Shown: one piece after another, positions 10,406 to 19,593 of the stretch
How the letters are laid out: each line of letters begins with the position of its first letter
How positions within the stretch are numbered: position 1 is the first letter of the stretch
Assembly (NCBI GenBank): GCA_003707115.1
Contig: PPNB01000002.1
Span: 310,001-374,000 of the forward strand
DNA from: Tortispora ganteri
Taxonomy: Eukaryota
Reading direction: 5' to 3'
Length of the DNA stretch: 64,000 nt
Position numbers and translations under genes: made by a program
The notes under the pieces: model-generated
Database searches by the model: none
Told to the model about the DNA's origin: nothing
Seen by the model: only the letters and a program-made list of their open reading frames with translations

Positions 10406-11785
10406 ATGACAACTCTTGATGAGATTAAAAAGTCGATTGACGAGGTAAGTAATGATTTGAAATTTGTGTTCGCTGCATAACGCGTAATAGCAATAGCGTC
10501 AGGCGTAACGCGTAACAGAACGCGTGGTAGTTTTAAACGCGCAAATCGATACTGACCAGTATTTCCTTAGTTACAAGACCGCCTAACAGCTTTCGAGAAG
10601 ACTTACAGCCCTGTAAACCTATTTTCTAAGGCAGGATTGAAAGCTATCGGTGAGCAGTTGATTTCTATTGCTAACGATTCAACTTCATCATCTCAAGAAT
10701 CTGCAACAGCCTCAACTTCCTCCGTATCCGCTACACCCGTAAAGGCGATCGCTAAACCGCGCATTAGAAAGAAACCAGAACCAAAAGAAACAGCAGCACC
10801 GATCGCCTCGGCAAACTCTGAAACTCAAACAGCTCCTACCGCTTCGAAAGAACCTACAGCATCTGATACGCAGGGCAAAGATACTACAGCGGTACCTACT
10901 TCCACAGTCTCCAAGAAAGCTGCTAAACCAACAATCGATGAGCCTGTTACAAACGGAAAGCCTATAACTGAGAAGCCTGCTGCTACGAAGGAACCTGCTT
11001 CTAGCAAAGAGCCTAAAGGAGCAGCTCCTGCTGCTGCCAAAGAGCCTAAAGCGAAGGTTTCGAAGGTAACCAAGGAGCCGAAGGAGCCCAAAGCCGCAAA
11101 AACTGTTAAACAAGCTTCTACCACAGCTTCTGATGCTGCTGCTACTGAAGAGTCATCTTCAGCTCCAGTAGTGGAACCTCCAACTGCGGACACTACTGTA
11201 GCCGAAACAACCATCGAACCTACAGATAGCAGCATTGACACCAGTGCTTCAACTGCAAAGGCTAAAAAAGTCAAGAAACCACGCGATCCAAATGAACCGA
11301 AGCGACCATTGAATCGGTACATGCTATTTTGGAAGTTTGCAAGACCGATTATTATTGAAGAACGCGAGGCAAAAGGACTTCCGGCATTGTCTTCCAATGA
11401 AATTGTTCAAGCAGTTAAAGAGAGATATTCGAGTATGTCTGAAGCTGAAAACAAAGAATGGGATGCAGAATACGGTCGACTCAAGAAGGCCTACGATGCC
11501 GAAATGGCAGCGTACCGTCGTTCAAAGGCAGAAGAAGCATCAGTTCCTCCTGTTGAGCCTAGTGCTGCTTCTACAAATGACGAGCCTGCTTCTGCAAATG
11601 ACGAGCCTATTTCTTCTACTCCTGTGGAAAAGCCTGCCGAATCCGAGAAGGCGTTAAAGCCTGAAGAAGATCCGGAAGTGATTGAGCGCAAGAGAAAACA
11701 GAATCAAATGCGCCGTGAGAAACGACGCAAGAAAAAGGAAGAGATGTTGGCCGCACAGTCAGCAGTATCGGAACAAACTGCATGA
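10406..11785 (+). CDS. HMO1: HMG-box chromatin protein, Hmo1-like; 2 exons (10406-10444, 10571-11785)
   Basis: Exon 1 MTTLDEIKKSIDE; intron 10445-10570 (GTAAGT..TACTGAC..TAG) joins in frame to ORF 10637..11785. HMG box RDPNEPKRPL...AKGLPALSSNEI carries the Hmo1-type insertion; basic C-terminal tail. Confidence 0.82.
10480..10542. promoter_or_regulatory. Cluster of MluI cell-cycle boxes (MCB) inside the HMO1 intron
   Basis: ACGCGT at 10480, 10508 and 10520; ACGCGC at 10537; a further ACGCGT upstream at 10118. Confidence 0.6.
11567..11608 (+). repeat. 21-bp coding tandem repeat x2 (ASTNDEP/ASANDEP)
   Basis: GCTTCTACAAATGACGAGCCT followed by GCTTCTGCAAATGACGAGCCT. Confidence 0.9.
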
Positions 11786-12031
11786 AAGCTGTAATATTTG
11801 AATTGTTAGATTAGAGACATATTGTTTTTTGTATTGAATATATTTGTTACGGAAAGAATAGAGGTATTAACAAGTGATAAGCGGATCTATAAGCACGATA
11901 AGTGATCAGGGCGTTGCTATGCTAAATGCCATTTTGCACTGAATTGTATCCGCAGGTCATTTTAACGGGTTCCAAACTGATTTTTATTATCTTTTCGATA
12001 TCATAAAACTGACGATTTTGCGCCTAAATAA

Positions 12032-12802
12032 ATGAAGAGTCGAGTATTTTTAAGGCATTTTAGTCGAAATGTTGTTTTGAAAGAGCAACCATTATTCAAT
12101 GGAAAACCAACAGACGAGGAGATACAGAAGATTTCACAGTATGTTCAAAGAATCAGGAAAGAGCAACCTCACTTGATTATGAACAAGGCACAAGTTATGG
12201 ATCAAATGGATGATCGTTTAGATGAATGGGTAGGAGATGATGTTCCTACTGAAGGTCACCATGTTCTTCGTGAGGTGCGTCAGCAACGGCATTATAACCG
12301 ATTGGCAGCATATGCTTTACCACATCTTGCTGATTTAGTGGACCGAACACAAAAGTTTGAGACTGGACCCATAACTATTAGAACTACCACATACATGGGT
12401 CAGAAACATCCTAGCGAGCCTAAAGTTGTTCTTAATGTTAATCTTAACGATAAAGAGCTAGGTTTAGATGACGACAGCTTACACTACATGAAACTGCTAG
12501 CAGGACAGAGGTATGACCCTGTGAAGAATATTATAAAAATAAGCTGCGAAAGGTTCTCGGAATCTGCGCAAAATCGTGAATGGACGTTTGATAAGTTCAG
12601 GAAACTCTACACTGAAGCAAAGAACGGTAAAGACAAGTTCACTGATATTCCTGTCGACGTAAGACATGCCAAGCATCGTCTAGAAGCTCGTAACAAGAAA
12701 GTCAGTTTGGCCAGTTTCCCGGAAGAATGGAAGCAACAATACAAACCGCGTACTGTTACTGAAGAAGATGTCGTTATTGAAAAGATCGTGAAAAGTTTTT
12801 GA
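12032..12802 (+). CDS. RSM24: Mitochondrial ribosomal small subunit protein mS35
   Basis: RHYNRLAAYALPHL, TTYMGQKHPSEPKVVL, KLLAGQRYDP, IKISCERF..AQNR, DIPVDVRH. Confidence 0.9.
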   Translation: MKSRVFLRHFSRNVVLKEQPLFNGKPTDEEIQKISQYVQRIRKEQPHLIMNKAQVMDQMDDRLDEWVGDDVPTEGHHVLREVRQQRHYNRLAAYALPHLADLVDRTQKFETGPITIRTTTYMGQKHPSEPKVVLNVNLNDKELGLDDDSLHYMKLLAGQRYDPVKNIIKISCERFSESAQNREWTFDKFRKLYTEAKNGKDKFTDIPVDVRHAKHRLEARNKKVSLASFPEEWKQQYKPRTVTEEDVVIEKIVKSF

Positions 12803-12830
12803 TGCAGTGTTATAAAAATAAAGATATATA

Positions 12831-13148
12831 TTATGTTGAAGGTGTATCGGTAGATCTGATCCTTTGCGTTTTGAATTCATTATAGTCGTCCACAGAGCTA
12901 GACACATTAAAAAGCTCCGGTAAATATTTTGATTGGATTTGATCTTGTAGGACTAATTCAGCGATCCGCTGTATTGTAAAAGGAGGACTATTCTTGAACA
13001 ATTTCAATCGGGTCTTTATTTCTTCAATGTCGTCGCGTGATGCCAATTTTTGTGTTAGCATATCGACAATAGAAATCCATTCGTCGTTAGACATAATCCC
13101 TGTATCTTTAGATTTACATAGAATCATTTTAAATTCGTCTTCAGTCAT
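12831..13148 (-). CDS. PSY4: Minimal protein phosphatase 4 regulatory subunit 2 (PPP4R2/Psy4-like)
   Basis: FKNSPPFTIQRIAELVL is the PPP4R2 signature; only 105 aa. Confidence 0.7.
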   Translation of the reverse strand: MTEDEFKMILCKSKDTGIMSNDEWISIVDMLTQKLASRDDIEEIKTRLKLFKNSPPFTIQRIAELVLQDQIQSKYLPELFNVSSSVDDYNEFKTQRIRSTDTPST

Positions 13149-13391
13149 TATAGCGACATTTATGTGTATTAAATGTGATTCAAAATGTGTGTTTTCTTAC
13201 TTATGGGCGGATGTGTAACCCTGTTAAAGGAATGCTATATTAACTATGCATTAAAGTTTCCTCTTTTAGTACATGATTGGTGACGCTATAAAAGGCCAGC
13301 TAAACAAAGCGACAATAATTGTTTACTACAACACTAAAATAAACTGCGCAAAAAAGAGCTAGTATACTGTTTTATATTGAATTATTAAAAT

Positions 13392-14408
13392 ATGACCGTG
13401 TCTAATAACCCTGTTGTTGTTTCGTTACAGGACCTCAAAACAGGACTAATTGATGATACACTTGATCGCGCTTTTGGCCCTCAATCGCTAGGAATCATTC
13501 TTGTCAAAGATCTCCCACAAGAATTCCATGAACTACGTCAAAAAGTGCTCTGCGCTGCAGGTAAAGTAGCTAATTATAAGGACAAAGCATCACTCGAGGC
13601 ACCTAATGCAAATTACCTAATCGGCTGGTCTTGTGGAGTAGAGAGATTGGCCTCAGGAAAGCCTGATACACACAAGGGTTCGTTTTATGTAAATTGTGGA
13701 GTGCCTGTTGTCAGCAGCGATTTCACCGATCTCGGATACGGCTTGCCCAATTTGTGGCCTGATATTCCTGGTCTTAAAGATGATTTCGATAACCTTTTTA
13801 GATGCATCTCTAATGTCACCGAGCTAGTAGCTAAAGCATGCGACAAATACATAGCTAAAGAGGTTCCCGGTTACCCTTCGCGCTTCGTTGAAGATCTAGT
13901 GAAGAATTCAAACACTACAAAAGCGCGTCTTCTGCATTACTTCCCTCTATCAGAGAAAGAAATTTCGCAGAACGCTATAGACAACGATTCATGGTGTGGT
14001 GAACATCTGGATCATGATTGCTTAACTGCCCTTGTTAGTGCCATGTTTCGACCTAGTCCAGATGATTTCTCAAACCCCGCAAATGAAATCGATAATCCGG
14101 AAAATGATTCAGGTTTATTCATAAAGTCTAGAACAGGTGAACTAGTTAAAGTTTCTATTCCTCGTGATATGCTTGCATTCCAGTCCGGCGAAGCTCTGCA
14201 GGAGATCACTAAAGGCCGCTTTAAAGCAGTACCACACCTTGTTCGCGCCCCTACTCAAACTGCAAACGTTTCACGCAGCACTATAGCCTTTTTCTTTGAG
14301 CCTAATTTGCAAACTCGAGTTAACGATAAAGAGGACTTTGCCGCTTTCTCGAGACGTATAGTTGCGCAAACCACACCGAAAGGCCAAATCGTGAACGCGG
14401 CCCGCTAA
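13392..14408 (+). CDS. 2-oxoglutarate/Fe(II)-dependent dioxygenase (isopenicillin N synthase/DIOX-like)
   Basis: RLLHYFP, WCGEHLDH (HxD), AVPHLVR (distal His), RSTIAFF. Confidence 0.85.
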   Translation: MTVSNNPVVVSLQDLKTGLIDDTLDRAFGPQSLGIILVKDLPQEFHELRQKVLCAAGKVANYKDKASLEAPNANYLIGWSCGVERLASGKPDTHKGSFYVNCGVPVVSSDFTDLGYGLPNLWPDIPGLKDDFDNLFRCISNVTELVAKACDKYIAKEVPGYPSRFVEDLVKNSNTTKARLLHYFPLSEKEISQNAIDNDSWCGEHLDHDCLTALVSAMFRPSPDDFSNPANEIDNPENDSGLFIKSRTGELVKVSIPRDMLAFQSGEALQEITKGRFKAVPHLVRAPTQTANVSRSTIAFFFEPNLQTRVNDKEDFAAFSRRIVAQTTPKGQIVNAAR

Positions 14409-14485
14409 ATGTTATTTTTTAAAAACCTTAAATCTTCGGTTCACTTCTCAAGTGACTTTATACTAGTTTTTGGTTCATAACCATA

Positions 14486-15721
14486 ATGTTCAAGTTTCGT
14501 ATGTACAAGCGTAAGATTAATTTAGACCTTGTGCGATGGAATTCTACATTCTTAGATCATAGACAAATAGCTACAAAACAGCAATTATTTACTACACATC
14601 CTATGAGTCCTGGATCTCCTCTATTCCTTCCTCACGGCACCAGAATCTTCAACACATTGCTTTCATATATGAGGAAAGTCCAAAGGAAATACGGGTACGA
14701 TGAAGTAGTCTCGCCTATACTATATAAGAAAGACTTGTGGGTCCAGTCTGGTCACTGGGATAACTTCAGAGATGAGATGTTCCATACTGGCGAGTTCAGT
14801 CTTAAACCCATGAACTGTCCAGGCCATTGTCTCATATACCAGTCTCTAGACCGTTCATATAGAGAGCTACCTATCAAATTATCAGACTTCAGTCCACTGC
14901 ATAGAAACGAAGCCACAGGAGGTCTCTCAGGTCTCACTAGAGTAAGACGGTTCCACCAGGACGATGGACACATCTTTTGTATGCGCGATCAGATCGAGCA
15001 GCAGATCTCAGAGTCTCTCGATATGATGGTTCAAGTCTACAACAAGTTCGGCTTTACCGACTACAAGCTTATGCTTTCAACCAGACCAGAGAAGTATATA
15101 GGCGACATAGAGTCATGGAACAAGGCCGAACAGGCGCTCACCAATGCTCTGAACGACATGAACCATCCTTGGACAATAAACGAAGCTGACGGCGCTTTTT
15201 ACGGTCCAAAGATTGATGTTATGTTGGTGGATGCTCATGGGAAAAGTCATCAAACGGCTACTTTGCAGCTTGATTTTCAGCTGCCGCAGCGATTTGAGCT
15301 GGAATACAGAGGTGCAGCACAAGATCTTGAAAGGCCAGTAATGATTCACCGGGCAGTGTTCGGCTCAGTTGAGAGGTTTATGGCCTTGCTTATAGAGAAC
15401 TACCAAGGTAACTGGCCATTTTGGCTAAGTCCAAGACAGTTGGTTATAATTCCTGTGTCGGAATTACAGGCTTCTTATGCGAACTCTGTTAAAAACTACA
15501 TTTCCGCTAACGATTTCTTTGTCGATATCGACGACAGCGCAGAGAGCGTGGGTCGTAGAGTAAGACATGCAATTTCTATAGGATATAATTATATCGCTGT
15601 GGTAGGCGAAAAAGAAATGAATAATTGCACAATATCCATTCGAACTCGTGAATCAAGACAGGAGAGCGAACTTACAAAGGAACAGTTGCTGACTTTATTC
15701 AATAAAAAGGCTACCGAGTAA
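14486..15721 (+). CDS. MST1: Mitochondrial threonyl-tRNA synthetase (no editing domain)
   Basis: LKPMNCPGHC, LHRNEA..LSGLTRVRRFHQDDGH, GAFYGPKID, TLQLDFQLP, HRAVFGSVERF. Confidence 0.95.
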   Translation: MFKFRMYKRKINLDLVRWNSTFLDHRQIATKQQLFTTHPMSPGSPLFLPHGTRIFNTLLSYMRKVQRKYGYDEVVSPILYKKDLWVQSGHWDNFRDEMFHTGEFSLKPMNCPGHCLIYQSLDRSYRELPIKLSDFSPLHRNEATGGLSGLTRVRRFHQDDGHIFCMRDQIEQQISESLDMMVQVYNKFGFTDYKLMLSTRPEKYIGDIESWNKAEQALTNALNDMNHPWTINEADGAFYGPKIDVMLVDAHGKSHQTATLQLDFQLPQRFELEYRGAAQDLERPVMIHRAVFGSVERFMALLIENYQGNWPFWLSPRQLVIIPVSELQASYANSVKNYISANDFFVDIDDSAESVGRRVRHAISIGYNYIAVVGEKEMNNCTISIRTRESRQESELTKEQLLTLFNKKATE

Positions 15722-15749
15722 TTGACTCTGCAGATTTCATTTCTCAAAT

Positions 15750-16550
15750 TTATGCCTTTTCATCGTCCTCGTCGCTCTCGGGCTCGTGATACATAGCATC
15801 CTCCAAAACAGTTTTTTCAATTAGTTTGAGAGTCGCACGAAGAGGTAAACCCACAACATTAAAATAGTCACCGTCCATACGTTCTATGAATAACGATCCA
15901 CGACCTTGAATACTGTAACCGCCAGCGGCATCTCTGCCTTCTCCTGTGTATATGTATGCCTCAAGGAACTCATCAGATACTTCTTTATCGAACACAATAT
16001 CTGTTTGTTCAACATGGGTGTTCATTACGTACCCTGGCTGCACAGGCACCTCCATCGGAGCAATGCAAACCACCGCAGTAAATACACTATGGGGCAACGG
16101 ACTGTCTCGTATAAGCTTTAGCATTTCCAGCTGATGCGCACTAGAAGTTGGCTTTTCAAGGATAGTTTGAGCAGCAAGCACAATAGTGTCACCTGCGATA
16201 ACAATAACATCCCGTTCGTCATCGCCTCCCTGGGCCTGTTCCTCGAGGATCTTCTGGTAAACCTGTTTCGCCTTCTCAGTGGCAGTTAATCGGACATATT
16301 CAAATGGAGACATAGATGATTTATCTAAGTTTTCTTCAAAATTGCTCGGAACGACTTCTATGTCTTCGAATCCGATCTGTTTCATCAATTCTAGACGACG
16401 CGGAGAACTAGATGCAAGGACAACGCGTGCGTCGCTCAGCCGCTTGAATATCGGCAGATCAAGTATACGTTCATTACCTGGATCTTTCGTGTACCTAGGC
16501 GGGGGCGAAGGTTGTTGATTAGATCCAGTAGATCCAAAAAATGAAAGCAT
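15750..16550 (-). CDS. Maf-family nucleoside triphosphate pyrophosphatase
   Basis: VLASSSPRRLEL, SNFEENL, IAGDTIV, AGGYSIQG, GDYFNVVGLP. Confidence 0.92.
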   Translation of the reverse strand: MLSFFGSTGSNQQPSPPPRYTKDPGNERILDLPIFKRLSDARVVLASSSPRRLELMKQIGFEDIEVVPSNFEENLDKSSMSPFEYVRLTATEKAKQVYQKILEEQAQGGDDERDVIVIAGDTIVLAAQTILEKPTSSAHQLEMLKLIRDSPLPHSVFTAVVCIAPMEVPVQPGYVMNTHVEQTDIVFDKEVSDEFLEAYIYTGEGRDAAGGYSIQGRGSLFIERMDGDYFNVVGLPLRATLKLIEKTVLEDAMYHEPESDEDDEKA

Positions 16551-16696
16551 TTTAAGTAAATTTATTCAATGACGAGGTATAGGCTATTTGCGTGCGCCTC
16601 TCAGAAGCCAGACCTTCACCCCCCCCTTAGTAACCTTCAGTGTTACTTTTACTTTTACCACCCCTACTATAACGACTAACGAGGTTTTGGTTAACG

Positions 16697-17137
16697 ATGA
16701 ACCAACAACAGCAAGATGACGTCTTAGACCCTGCTGTAATTGAAATGCAAAAGTACACTACCAGTGCACTTATAGTACCTAGTGTGGATGAACCAGTAAC
16801 AGTGCTTCTTCGGGATGGTAGAAGCATCAACGGTACAATGAGATCTTTCGATCAGTTCGGTAATATTGTATTGCAGGACGCTGTAGAAAGAATTTATGCA
16901 AACGGGAAAGTAGCTGAGCGCAAACTGGGAGTATTTTTAGTAAGAGGAGAAAATATCAGAGTAATTGGAGAAATAGACATCGACAGAGAAGTAGATCCAA
17001 TACTCTCAAGCTGGGATGAGGTAAAGCCAATGTTTGATCAAATAAAGGAACATGAAAATGAAATAGAGCGTTCAAAAAATCTTAAGCTAGCCGCTGCTGG
17101 CTTTAGTATTGATCTAAATACTGTCGATGCACATTAG
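16697..17137 (+). CDS. LSM1: Sm-like protein Lsm1 (mRNA decay)
   Basis: VLLRDGR..GTMRSFDQFGNIVLQDAVERIY and GVFLVRGENI..IGEID. Confidence 0.93.
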   Translation: MNQQQQDDVLDPAVIEMQKYTTSALIVPSVDEPVTVLLRDGRSINGTMRSFDQFGNIVLQDAVERIYANGKVAERKLGVFLVRGENIRVIGEIDIDREVDPILSSWDEVKPMFDQIKEHENEIERSKNLKLAAAGFSIDLNTVDAH

Positions 17138-17246
17138 TTCAAGATTAATTTACCATACTCTCTGTCTATTATATATACAGATAAAATGCATAAACAATTA
17201 CTAATGCTCTCTATCTACAGATTTGTCATCAACTTCTCAGTTCAGA

Positions 17247-17843
17247 TTATATTTCATGTCTTGCCTTTGATTTCTTTGATTTCTTAGCCTTTTTTGATAT
17301 TTTTTTGTCATCATTATGTGATCTAGATTTCTTGCTGACTTTCGAATCTTTTGATCTGGATTTTGAATGCTTTGACTTTCTGGACTTTTTCGATTCTATC
17401 GATTCAAATTTTCTTCCTTTCCCGCTCTTTTTGACCTTTTCAGTCCTTTTCGATTCTTTTGATTCTTTCGATTCTATCGATCGTTCTGATTTCTTCGTTT
17501 CCTTTGAATGCTTAAACTCTTTAGCTTCATCATATTGTATTTCCGTCTTAACGGTTCCTAAAAGTCTTTCTCCTAACACAAAATTTCTATATAACGGTGA
17601 CCTGAATCGGGTAATCTCTTTAAAAACCTTCTCATCCTTTACTATACTTTTCCCATTAGATGTAATACTCTTGAGCTGACTATCAAACAACGTTTCCCAC
17701 CAATGATCATGTGTGTGCTTCTTGTTGCCTAAACCTCTGGTATCTGTTTTATGGGCAACTAATATAGGTTTTTTCAATCCTTTACTTCGTAGTCCTTGAC
17801 CCGGTTTCCATCCATACTGCTGCAAATATGCTTGAGGATCCAT
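17247..17843 (-). CDS. TMA23: G-patch nucleolar protein Tma23-like
   Basis: MDPQAYLQQYGWKPGQGL..LKKPILV..DTRGLG, WWETLFDSQL, SPLYRNFVLGERL, Lys/Ser-rich tail. Confidence 0.85.
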   Translation of the reverse strand: MDPQAYLQQYGWKPGQGLRSKGLKKPILVAHKTDTRGLGNKKHTHDHWWETLFDSQLKSITSNGKSIVKDEKVFKEITRFRSPLYRNFVLGERLLGTVKTEIQYDEAKEFKHSKETKKSERSIESKESKESKRTEKVKKSGKGRKFESIESKKSRKSKHSKSRSKDSKVSKKSRSHNDDKKISKKAKKSKKSKARHEI

Positions 17844-18000
17844 ATATCTGCTGATCTAATGGAATTTCTAAAGGTGAAAGTCCTAAGAAGCAGTGTTAAA
17901 TTATATTGCCTGAAATATCACAATTTAAAAATTAATTTATTAATATGTAAAAATAGATGTGTAATTATAAAGCACTTGTTCCTGAATTACTTGGTTGAAT

Positions 18001-18074
18001 GGGCGTATAGTGTAGTTGGTTATCGCGCTCCCTTCGCATGGGAGAGGTCCCCAGTTCGAATCCGGGTTCGTCCA
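18001..18074 (+). tRNA. tRNA-Ala, anticodon CGC (18035-18037), intronless
   Basis: Acceptor GGGCGTA/TTCGTCC with G3:U70; anticodon stem CTCCC/GGGAG, loop TTCGCAT; T loop TTCGAAT; discriminator A. Confidence 0.93.
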
Positions 18075-18079
18075 CGTAC

Positions 18080-18087
18080 TTTTTTTT
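18080..18087 (+). terminator. RNA polymerase III T-tract terminator
   Basis: T8 starting 6 nt after the tRNA discriminator base. Confidence 0.85.
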
Positions 18088-18197
18088 GGTCTTCGCACAA
18101 TTATATTTAGTTGTTGTTGGATTAAAAAATATAACAATAACTTTTATTTTGATTCTAAATTATTATATTAGTATACTTTAACTGGTTTACATAGCAG

Positions 18198-19028
18198 TTA
18201 CTTGCCAAAAGCGATGTTGGAAGGAGCAGGAGGTGTAGGATCAAGAGAAGTGACATATGATTTAGTCATACCTCCATCAACTACGAAGTCCTGGCCTATA
18301 ATAAAGGAAGCATCATCAGATGCTAAGAATACAACAGCTTTAGCTTGTTCAATTGCCTCACCAAAGCGACCTGTAGGGAAATGAACAGTTCGACGTACAG
18401 TTTTCTCTGGGGTATCTAAGAAATCTTGGAGCAACGGAGTATTCAAAGGAGCAGGGCAAAGTGAATTGATGCGGATGCCGCTCTTAGCATACTGAATAGC
18501 CAGCTCGCGAGTCATTGCCATTACAGCTCCCTTTGACGCGGTGTAGGCAATCTGAGGAGTAGCAGAACCGACAATAGCAACTACTGATGCAGTGTTGATA
18601 ATGGCCGCGTTTGTCTTTTTATTTGCAAGCATGGACTTGATTGCATATTTTGATCCATAAGCTACACCGCGGACATTGATAGCAAAAGTCAAATCCCAAA
18701 TACGTTCAGGAGTGTTCAGGATGCCATCATCTTCTGGATGCATAATACCAGCATTATTAAACATTACATCAACACCGCCGTATTTCTCCAAAGAAGCAAC
18801 AAGTTCTTCAACTTCAGCTTCCTTAGATACATCACAGACCTTGCCTTCAATGCGTACACCATCAGCAGCATGCTCCTTTACAATGGTGACGGCTTTCTCG
18901 AGAGCACTGGCGTTAACATCAGTCATGAGAACATTGGCGCCTTCAATTGCAAACTGAATAGACGTCTCAAGACCGACTCCACCGGCAGCTCCTGTAATGA
19001 TCGTATTCTTTCCTTCAAGTCTTCCCAT
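18198..19028 (-). CDS. Classical short-chain dehydrogenase/reductase, NAD-type
   Basis: TGAAGGVG, acidic TD after beta-2, NNAG, catalytic S..YTASK, C-terminal FVVDGGMTKSYVT. Confidence 0.92.
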   Translation of the reverse strand: MGRLEGKNTIITGAAGGVGLETSIQFAIEGANVLMTDVNASALEKAVTIVKEHAADGVRIEGKVCDVSKEAEVEELVASLEKYGGVDVMFNNAGIMHPEDDGILNTPERIWDLTFAINVRGVAYGSKYAIKSMLANKKTNAAIINTASVVAIVGSATPQIAYTASKGAVMAMTRELAIQYAKSGIRINSLCPAPLNTPLLQDFLDTPEKTVRRTVHFPTGRFGEAIEQAKAVVFLASDDASFIIGQDFVVDGGMTKSYVTSLDPTPPAPSNIAFGK

Positions 19029-19593
19029 TTTTTCGAGCAGCTTTTATCTTATGAATAAACAGGGAAGTTGTAGTTGCAAGGTTTCGAAGCGGATATATAT
19101 ATGGCTTGATAAACTTACATAATTTAAGGTTTTCATAATTGTTTTGAGTTTCTACAATAGTTCGTTTTGGCGAATGCATTACTTAGCACACAATACTGAA
19201 CAGAAGAATGTGAATACATATTGTGTTTTATAATATCCATAAAATAAGAACACACTTTATATTAGTTAATGGGTCCTCTAGATTATGGGTTGCCTTATGT
19301 AAGACAGCTTTTCTTTAGTATAGTGAACTATCGCCTAGCGCGGAAGAAAGCTTAATTGCGTAATGTAATCTATCCGATGCTTAAGAGCTAGAAACGCGAG
19401 TGCCCTTTTTACAGCTCAATTCATCGAAATTGGCGCTATTATTTGTTAAATGTCAAAATAAATAGACTTACGAACCGTTTGAAGTAGTAACTTGTAACAT
19501 AATTCTGGAAAGAATAAATGGTTAAGGTTGGTTCAGTTTTTCCCTACTTTCTAACTTAGACTTCGACTACCACACCAAATCCAAAAAGATATC

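Noticed and set aside
10451..10556. Box C/D snoRNA in the HMO1 intron (ATGATTT...CTGA)
   Set aside because: Box C is imperfect and the only CTGA is part of the branch site TACTGAC; the MCB explanation fits better.
19518..19559. Upstream ATG and mini-intron (..CTAACTTAG) extending the GS-like gene
   Set aside because: None of the available GT donors puts ATG 19518 in frame with the ORF, and the donors are non-consensus.
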